Shown here: piece after piece, positions 54,131-64,000 of the stretch
Layout: every line of letters starts with the position of its first letter
How positions within the stretch are numbered: the stretch's first letter is position 1
Assembly: GCF_009914755.1 (NCBI RefSeq)
Contig: NC_060948.1
DNA length: 64,000 bases
Source of the DNA: the human T2T-CHM13v2.0 reference genome, Homo sapiens
Direction: 5' to 3' (one strand)
Notes under the pieces: generated by a model
What the model saw: only the letters and a program-made list of their open reading frames with translations
Told to the model about the DNA's origin: nothing
Database searches by the model: none
Translations under genes and position numbers: made by a program

Positions 54131-57100
54131 TGGTCTAGTATGCAATGCAATCGACTGGCAGGGAATTAAAAGGAATGTAATCGAATGGATTGCACTGGAA
54201 TGCAATGGACTCGAATAGATTGGAAACAGAATGCAAAGGAATGGAATGGAATAGTATGGAATGGAATGGAAAGGAATGGAGTGGAATAGACTAGAGTAGA
54301 ATGGAATTTACTCGAAAGCAATGGACTGGAATAGAACTTTCTTGAATGGGCTGGAATCAAACGGAATGGAATGCTGTGCAATCAAATAGAATGAAAGAGA
54401 ATCAAATCCAATCGAATGGATTGGAAAGGAATTGACTGAAATGGAATGGACTAGAATGGAAGGCAAAGGAATGGAATCTATAGGAATGGACTGTAATGGA
54501 ACGGAATGGAAGGGATTGGAATGGAATCGAATGGAATGGACTGCAATAGAAAGGATTCGAATGGAATGAAAAAGAATTGAATGGAATAGAACAGAATGGA
54601 ATCAAATCGAATGAAATGGAATGGAATAGAAAGGATTCGAATGGAATGCAATCGAACGGAATGGAATCGAACGGAATGGAATAAAATGGAAGAAAACTGG
54701 CAAGAAATGGAATCGAAATGAATGGAGTGTTATGGATCGGACTCAAAAGGAATTGAATGTAATAGAATGGAGTGGAGTTGACTCGAATATAATGGACTGG
54801 AATGGAATGAAATCACATGGAATGGGAACGAATGGAATGGAATGGAAAGGAATGGAATCGAATGGAAAGGAATCGAATGGAAGGGAATGCAATTGAATCA
54901 ACAGGAATGGAAGGGAATAGAATAGACGGTAATGGAATGGACTCGAATAGAATGGACACGAATGCTCAAATTGAATGGACTCGAATGGAATGGAAACGAA
55001 AGGAATGTCATCGAATGGAATTGAATCGATTGGAATGAAATCGCATAGAATGGAGTGGAATCAAATGGAATTGAATCGAAAGGAAAGGAAGCGAATGGAC
55101 TGAAATGGAATGGAATGGAATGGAAAGTAATGCAATGGAATAGAATGGAACGAAATTTCACGGAATGGAATCAAACTGAATGGAATCAAATCAATGGAAT
55201 CTAATCAAATGGAATGGAAAGGAATTGAATGGAGTAGATGGGATTGGATGGGATTGGAATGAAATGTACTGGAAAGGAATCGAATTCCATGAAACGGAAT
55301 GGAATGAATTGGAAAGGAATGGACTCGAATGGAATGGAATGTCATGGAATGGCATCAAATGGAATGGCATCAAAGGGAATGGAATCGAATGCAATGGAAT
55401 GCTATGGAATGGAATGGAATGCATTGGAATGGAATGTCCTCTAATGGAATGGATTCGAGTGGAATGGAATCGAATATAATGGAGTCGAATGAAATGGAAT
55501 TGAAAGGAATGGGATCGAATACAATGGAATATACTGGAATATAACGTAATGAACTCGAATGTAATTGACTGGAATGGAATGTACACGAATGGAATGTAAT
55601 CGAATGGAAAGTAATCCAATGGAATAGAATCTAATGCAATAAAATCGACTCAAATGGAATAGAATGCAATGGAATGGAGTGCAGTGCAATGGAATGGAAT
55701 GGAATGGAATGCAATGGAATGGAATGGAATGGAATGGAATGGAATGCAATGGGATGGAATGGTATGGAATGGATAGTAATGGACTGGAGTGAAATGGACT
55801 GGAAAGGAATGGACTCAAATTGAAAGGGCTCGAAAGGAATGGAGTCAAATGGAATGGTCTGGAATGGAATGAACACGAATGTAATGCAATCCAATTGAAT
55901 GGAATCGAATGGCATGGAATATAAAGAAATGGAATCGAAGAGAATGGAAACAAATGGAATGGAATTGAATGGAATGGAATTGAATGGAATGGGAACGAAT
56001 GGAGTGAAATTGTATGCAGTAGAAGAGAATAGAATGGAATGCAAGCGAAAGGAAAGGAATGGATTGGAATGGAATGGAATTCATTGGAATGGAAGGGAAT
56101 GTAGTGTAATGGACAGGCCTGGAATAAAGTGGAATGCTACGGTCACGAATGCAATAAAAATGTATGGAATGGAATGCAATGAAACGGAATCGAATGTCAA
56201 AGAATGTAATGGAAAACAAAAAAATGGAATCCAAAATCATTGACTGGAAAGGCTGGGTGTCGAAAGGAATTGACTCCAATGGAATGTAATCGAATGGAAT
56301 GGAAGTGAATAGAATCGAACTAAATCGAATGGAATGGAATTGATAGGAACGGAATGGAAAGGAATGCAATGATTTTGCATGGAATGGAATCGAATGACAT
56401 CGAATGGAATGGAATGGAATGCAATGGAATGGAATGTATTAGAATGTAATGAACATTAATGGAAAGTACTCGAATGGATTCGACTGGAATGGAATGTTCT
56501 GGAAGTGAATGGACTCCAATGGAATGGATTCGAAAGGAATGGAATCGAACGGAATGGAATCTAATGGAATGGAATTAAATGGAAATGAATCAAATTGAAT
56601 AGCACGGAATTGAATTGAATGGAATCGAATGCAATGGAATCTAATGAAACGGAAAGGAAAGGAATGGAATGGAATGGAGTGGGCTGGAATGGAATGGAAT
56701 CAAAACGAATGGAATGGAATCGAACTGAAGAGACTGGAATGGAATGCACTGGAATGGAAGGGAGTGTAATGGAAGGTTCTCGAAAAAAATGGAATCGAAT
56801 GGAATGGAATTGAATGGAACGGAATAGAGTCGAATGGAATTGAATGGAATGGAATGGACTAGAGTGAAATGGAATCGAACCACAAGGAATGGACAGGAAT
56901 GGAATGGTCTCGAATTGAATGGAATCGTATGGAATGGCATCAAACGGAATGGAATGGACAGCCACGGAATGGAATGCACTCGAATGCAATGGAGTCGAAA
57001 CTAATGGACTGGAATAGAATGGACTCGACTGGTACGGACTCCAATGGAATGGAATCGAATGGAAGGGAATCGAACGGAATGGACTCGAAGGGAAAAGACT

Positions 57101-60100
57101 GCAATGGAAAGGTCTCGAATGGAATGGAAATTAATGGAATGGAATGGAATCGAATGAAATGGAGTCAAAAGGAATGGAATCGAATGGCAAGAAATCGAAT
57201 GTAATGGAATCGCAAGGAATTGATGTGAACGGAACGGAATGGAATGGAATCCAAAGGAATGGAATCGAATGGAAAGGACTCGAATGGAAACCACTCGAAT
57301 AGAATGCAATTTAATAAAATAGGATCAAATGTAATGGAATGGAATGGAAAGGAATCGAAACGAAAGGAATGGAGACAGATGGAATGGAATGGAACAGAGA
57401 GCAATGGTATAGAATGGAATGGAATCATCTGGAATGGAATTGAATGGAATGGAATAATATGAAATGGAATGGAATGGAATGGAATGCCCTTGAATTAAAT
57501 GGACTGGAATGGAATAGACTCGAACAGAGTGGAATGGAAAGTGTTGAAATAGAATGGAATGGACTCCTTTGGAATGGTGTAGCATGCAATGCAATCGACT
57601 GGCAGGGAATCAAAAGGAATGTAATGGAATGGATTGGACTGGAATGCAATGGACTCGAATAGATTGGAAACGGAATGCAAAGGAATGGAATGGAATAGTA
57701 TGGAATGGAATGGAAAGGAATGGAGTGGAATAGACTAGAGTGGAATGGAATGGACTGGAAAGCAATGGACTGGAATGGAACTTTCTTGAATGGACTGGAA
57801 TCAAACGGAATGGAATGCAATGCAATCAAATGTCATGGAATAAAATAGAATGAAAGAGAATCAAATGGAATTGAATCGAATGGAATCGAATGGATTGGAA
57901 AGGAATAGAATGGAATGGAATGGAATTGACTCAAATGGAATGGACTAGAATGGAATGGATTCGAATGGAAGGCAAAGGAATGGAATCTATTGGAATGGAC
58001 TGTAATGGAATGGAATGGAAGGGATTGGAATGGAATCGAATGGAATGGACTGCAATAGAAAGGAATCGAATGGAATGAAAAAGAATTGAATGGAATAGAA
58101 CAGAATGGAATCAAATCGAATGAAATAGAATGGAATAGAAAGGAATGGAATGAAATGGAATGGAAAGGATTCGAATGGAATGCAATCGAATGGAATGAAA
58201 TCGAACGGAATGGAATCGAACAGAATGGAATAAAATGGAAGAGAACTGGCAAGAAATGGAATCGAAATGAATGGAGTGTTATGGAACGGACTCAAAAGGA
58301 ATTGAATGTAATAGAATGGAGTGGAGTGGACTCGAATATAATGGACTGGAATGGAATGAAATCACATGGAATGGGAACGAATGGAATGGAATGGAAAGGA
58401 ATGGAATCGAATGGAAAGGAATCGAATGGAAGGGAATGAAATTGAATCAACAAGAATGGAAGGGAGTAGAGTAGACGGTAATGGAATGGACTCGAATAGA
58501 ATGGACACGAATGCTCAAATTGAATGGACTCGAATGGAATGGAAACGAAAGGAATGTCATCGAATGGAATTGAATCGATTGGAATGAAATCGCATAGAAT
58601 GGAGTGGAATCAAATGGAATTGAATCGAAAGGAAAGGAAGCGAATGGACTGAAATGAAATGGAATGGAATTGAATGGAAAGTAATGCAATGGAATAGAAT
58701 GGAACGAAATTTCACGGAATGGAATCAAACTGAATGGAATCAAATCAATGGAATATAATCAAATGGAATGGAAAGGAATTGAATGAAGTAGATTGGATTG
58801 GATGGGATTGGAATGAAATGGAATGGAAAGGACTCGAATTTCATGAAACGGAATGGAATGAATTGGAACGGAATGGACTCGAATGGAATGGAATGTCATG
58901 GAATGGCATCAAACGGAATGGCATCAAATGGGATGGAATCGAATGCAATGGAATGCTATGGAATGGAATGGAATGCATTGGAATGGAATGTCCTCTAATG
59001 GAATGGATTCTAGTGGAATGGAATCGAATATAATGGAGTCGAATGAAATGGAATTGAAAGGAATGGGATCGAATACAATGGAATAAACTGGAATGTAATG
59101 TAAAGAACTCGAATGTAATTGACTGGAATGGAATGCACATGAATGGAATGTAATCGAATTTAAAGTAATCCAATGGAATAGAATCTAATGCCATAAAATC
59201 GGCTCAGATAGGGTAGAATGTAATGGAATGGAGGGCAGTGCAATGGAATGGAACGGAATGGAATGCAATGGAATGGAATGGAATGGAATGGAATGGAATG
59301 GAATGGAATGGGATGGAATGGTATGGAATGGATAGTAATGGACTGGAGTGAAATGGACTGGAAAGGAATGGACTCAAATTGAAAGAGCTCGAAAGGAATG
59401 GAGTCAAATGGAATGGTCTGGAATGGAATGAACACGAATGTAATGCAATCCAATAGAATGGAATCGAATGGCATGGAATATAAAGAAATGGAATCGAAGA
59501 GAATGGAAACAAATGGAATGGAATAGAATGGAATGGAATTGAATGGAATGGGAACGAACGGAGTGAAATTGTATGCAGTAGAAGAGAATAGAATGGAATG
59601 CAAGCGAAAGGAAAGGAATGGATTGGAATGGAATGGAATTCATTGGAATGGAAGGGAATGTAGTGTAATGGACAGGCCTGGAATAAAGTGGAATGCTACG
59701 GTCTCGAATGGAATAAAAATGTATGGAATGGAATGCAATGAAACGGAATCGAATGTCATAGAATGTAATGGAATGCAAAAAAATGGACTCCAAATCATTG
59801 ACTGGAAAGGCTGGGTGTCGAAAGGAAATGACTCCAATGGAATGGAATCGAATGGAATGGAAGTGAATAGAATCGAACTAAATCGAATGGAATGGAATTG
59901 ATAGGAACGGAATGGAAAGGAATGCAATGATTTGGCATGGAATGGAATCAAATGACATCGAATGGAATGGAATGGAATGCAATGGAATGGAATGTACTAG
60001 AATGTAATGAACTTTAATGGAATGTACTCGAATGCATTCGACTGGAATGGAATGTTCTGGAAGTGAATGGACTCCAATGGAATGGATTCGAAAGGAATGG

Positions 60101-63100
60101 AATCTAATGGAATGGAATTAAATGGAAATGAATCAAATTGAATAGCACGGAATTGAATTGAATGGAATCGAATGCAATGGAATCTAATGAAACGGAAAGG
60201 AAAGGAATGGAATGGAATGGAATGGGCTGGAATGGAATGGAATCGAAACGAATGGAATGGAATCGAACTGAAGAGACTGGAATGGAATGCACTGGAATGG
60301 AAGGGAGTGTAATGGAAGGTTCTCGAAAAAAATGGAATCGAATGGAATGGAATTGAATGGAACGGAATACAGTCGAATGGAATTCAACGGAATGGAACGG
60401 ACTAGAGTGAAATGGAATCGAACCACAAGGAATGGACAGAAATAGAATGGTCTCGAATTGAATGGAATCGTATGGAATGGCATCAAACGGAATGGAATGG
60501 ACAGTCACGGAATGGAATGCACTCGAATGCAATGGAGTCGAAACTAATGGACTGGAATAGAATGGACTCGACTGGTACGGACTCCAATGGAATGGAATCC
60601 AACGGAAGGGAATCGAACGGAATGGACTCGAAGGGAAAAGACTGCAATGGAAAGGTCTCGAATGGAATGGAAATTAATGGAATGGAATGGAATCGAATGA
60701 AATGCAGTCAAAAGGAATGGAATCGAATGGCAAGAAATCGAATGTAATGGAATCGCAAGGAATTGATGGGAACGGAACTGAATGGAATGGAATCCAAAGG
60801 AATGGAATAGAATGGAATGGAATCGAATGGAAAGGACTCGAATGGAAATCACTCGAATAGAATACAATTTAATAAAATAGGATCAAATGTAATGGAATGG
60901 AATGGAAAGGAATCGAAACGAAAGGAATGGAGACAGATGGAATGGAATGGAACAGAGAGCAATGGTATAGAATGGAATGGAATCATCTGGAATGGAATTG
61001 AATGGAATGGAATAATATGAAATGGAATGGAGTGGAATGGAATGCCCTTGAATTAAATGGACTGGAATGGAATGGACTCGAACAGAGTGGAATGGAAAGT
61101 GTTGAAATAGAATGGAATGGACTCGTTTGGAATGGTCTAGTATGCAATGCAATCGACAGGCAGGGAATCAAAAGGAATGTAATCGAATGGATTGGACTGG
61201 AATGCAATGGACTCGAATAGATTGGAAACGGAATGCAAAGGAATGGAATGGAATAGTATGGAATGGAATGGAAAGGAATGGAGTGGAATAGACTAGAGTG
61301 GAATGGAATGGACTGGAAAGCAATGGACTGGAATGGAACTTTCTTGATTGGACTGGAATCAAACGGAATGGAATGCAATGCAATCAAATGGCTTGGAATA
61401 AAATAGAATGAAAGAGAATCAAATGGAATTGAATCGAATGGAATCGAATGGATTGGAAAGGAAGAGAATGGAATGGAATGGAATTGACTCAAATGGAATG
61501 GACTAGAATGGAATGGATTCGAATGGAAGGCAAAGGAATGGAATCTATTGGAATGGACTGTAATGGAATGGAATGGAAGGGATTGGAATGGACTCGAATG
61601 GAATGGACTGCAATAGAAAGGATTCGAATGGAATGAAAAAGAATTGAATGGAATAGAACAGAATGGAATCAAATCGAATGAAATGGAATGGAATAGAAAG
61701 GAATGGAATGAAATGGAATGGAAAGGATTCGAACGGAATGCAATCGAATGGAATGCAATCGAATGGAATGGAATCGAACGGAATGGAATAAAATGGAAGA
61801 AAACTGGCAAGAAATGGAATCGAAATGAATGGAGTGTTATGCAACGGACTCAAAAGGAATTGAATGTAATAGAATGGAGTGGAGTGGACTCGAATATAAT
61901 GGACTGGAATGGAATGAAATCATATGGAATGGGAACGAATGGAATGGAATGGAAAGGAATGGAATCGAATGGAAAGGAATCGAATGGAAGGGAATGAAAT
62001 TGAATCAACAGGAATGGAAGGGAATAGAATAGACGGTAATGGAATGGACTCAAATAGAATGGACACGAATACTCAAATTGAATGGACTCGAGTGGAATGG
62101 AAACGAAAGGAATGTCGTCGAATGGAATTGAATCGATTGGAATGAAATCGCATAGAATGGAGTGGAATCAAATGGAATTGAATCGAAAGGAAAGGAAGCG
62201 AATGGACTGAAATGAAATGGAATGGAATTGAATGGAAAGTAATGCAATGGAATAGAATGGAACGAAATTTCACGGAATGGAATCAAACTGAATGGAATCA
62301 AATCAATGGAATATAATCAAATGGAATGGAAAGGAATTGAATGGAGTAGATGGGATTGGATGGGATTGGAATGAAATGTACTGGAAAGGACTCGAATTTC
62401 ATGAAACGGAATGGAATGAATTGGAACGGAATGGACTCGAATGGAATGGAATGTCATGGAATGGCATCAAATGGAATGGCATCAAATGGAATGGAATCGA
62501 ATGCAATGGAATGCTATGGAATGGAATGGAATGCATTGGAATGGACTGTCCTCTAATGGAATGGATTCGAGTGGAATGGAATCGAACATAATGGAGTCGA
62601 ATGAAATGGAATTGAAAGGAATGGGATCGAATAGAATGGAATATACTGGAATGTAACGTAATGAACTCGAATGTAATTGACTGGAATGGAATGTACATGA
62701 ATGGAATGTAATCGAATGGAAAGTAATCCAATGGAATAGAATCTAATGCAATAAAATCGACTCAAATAGAATAGAATGTAATGGAATGGAGTGCAGTGCA
62801 ATGGAATGGAATGGAATGGAATGCAATGGAATGGAATGTAATGGAATGGAATGGAATGGGATGGAATGGTATGGAATGGATAGTAATGGACTGGAGTGAA
62901 ATGGACTGGAAAGGAATGGACTCAAATTGAAAGGGCTCGAAAGGAATGGAGTCAAATGGAATGGTCTGGAATGGAATGAACACGAATGTAATGCAATCCA
63001 ATAGAATGGAATCGAATGGCATGGAATATAAAGAAATGGAATCGAAGAGAATGGAAACAAATGGAATGGAATTGAATGGAATGGAATTGAATGGAATGGG

Positions 63101-64000
63101 AACGAATGGAGTGAAATTGTATGCAGTAGAAGAGAATAGAATGGAATGCAAGCGAAAGGAAAGGAATGGATTGGAATGGAATGGAATTCATTGGAATGGA
63201 AGGGAATGTAGTGTAATGGACAGGCCTGGAATAAAGTGGAATGCTACGGTCTCGAATGGAATAAAAAGATATGGAATGGAATGCAATGAAACGGAATCGA
63301 ATGTCATAGAATGTAATGGAATGCAAAAAAATGGACTCCAAAGTCATTGACTGGAAAGGCTGGGTGTCGAAAGGAATTGACTCCAATGGAATGGAATCGA
63401 ATGGAATGGAAGTGAATAGAATCGAACTAAATCGAATGGAATGGAATTGATAGGAACGGAATGGAAAGGAATGCAATGATTTGGCATGGAATGGAATCGA
63501 ATGGCATCGAATGGAATGGAATGGAATGCAATGGAATGGAATGTATTAGAATGTAATGAACTTTAATGGAATGTACTCGAATGGATTCGAATGGAATGGA
63601 ATGTTCTGGAAGTGAATGGACTCCAATGGAATGGATTCGAAAGGAATGGAATCGAACGGAATGGAATCTAATGGACTGGAATTAAATGGAAATAAATCAA
63701 ATTGAATAGCACGGAATTGAATTGAATGGAATCGAATGCAATGGAATCTCATGAAACGGAAAGGAAAGGAATGGAATGGAATGGAATGGGCTGGAATGGA
63801 ATGGAATCGAAACGAATGGAATGGAATCGAACTGAAGAGACTGGAATGGAATGCACTGGATTGGAAGGGAGTGTAATGGAAGGTTCTCGAAAAAAATGGA
63901 ATCGAATGGAATGGAATTGAATGGAACGGAATAGAGTCGAATGGAATTGAATGGAATGGAATGGACTAGAGTGAAATGGAATCGAACCACAAGGAATGGA
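54116..64000. repeat. DYZ1: DYZ1 / human satellite 3 (HSat3) array, degenerate (GGAAT)n with ~3.55-kb higher-order unit
   Basis: Degenerate GGAAT pentamers. The landmark GGACAGGCCTGGAATAAAGTGGA (one HaeIII site per unit; GGCC at 56116, 59675, 63223) and a conserved EcoRI site (56077, 59636, 63184) recur at 3559 and 3548 bp, matching the ~3.56-kb DYZ1 unit. Units phased from the junction: 54116-57559 (3444 bp), 57560-61117 (3558 bp), 61118-end (partial). Confidence 0.97.
55980..56133 (+). other. 154-bp segment bounded by sequences I recognise as classical DYZ1 sex-typing PCR primer sites
   Basis: Starts TTGAATGGAATGGGAACGAATGG and ends GGACAGGCCTGGAATAAAGTGGA (reverse complement TCCACTTTATTCCAGGCCTGTCC). 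Primer identity is from memory. It supports assignment to the human Y. Confidence 0.75.

Noticed and set aside
55282-55287. Extra EcoRI sites in single DYZ1 copies (55282, 60380)
   Set aside because: These are ordinary point variants in individual units with no structural significance.
54166-63990. Many overlapping MEWNG- and FHSIP-repeat ORFs on both strands (up to 275 aa)
   Set aside because: Pure (GGAAT)n and (ATTCC)n contain no stop codons in any frame, so these are the well-known spurious satellite II/III translations.

Overview
This window is primate, almost certainly human Y-chromosome (Yq12) heterochromatin, and it contains no credible genes. Bases 1-54115 are a head-to-tail array of the ~2.42-kb composite satellite DYZ2/HSat1B: 22 full units plus a ~970-bp truncated 23rd unit. 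Each unit is ~1.56 kb of AT-rich sequence, then an antisense, slightly 5'-truncated Alu, then a ~570-bp HSATI-like segment. At 54115/54116 the array switches abruptly to the (GGAAT)n-based DYZ1/HSat3 satellite, which has a ~3.55-kb higher-order period (about 2.8 copies to the window end). All ORFs in the supplied track are artefacts of repeat composition. I found no new gene-encoded system. What deserves a second look is the array's internal history: a 9,664-bp four-unit higher-order repeat built as a dimer of dimers, recent single-unit duplications, chimeric units with a breakpoint inside the Alu, a divergent DYZ2 subfamily at the array edge, a near-blunt DYZ2/DYZ1 junction, and clustered pentamer-phase deletions in the junction-proximal DYZ1 copy. 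All comparisons were made by eye and need alignment to confirm.
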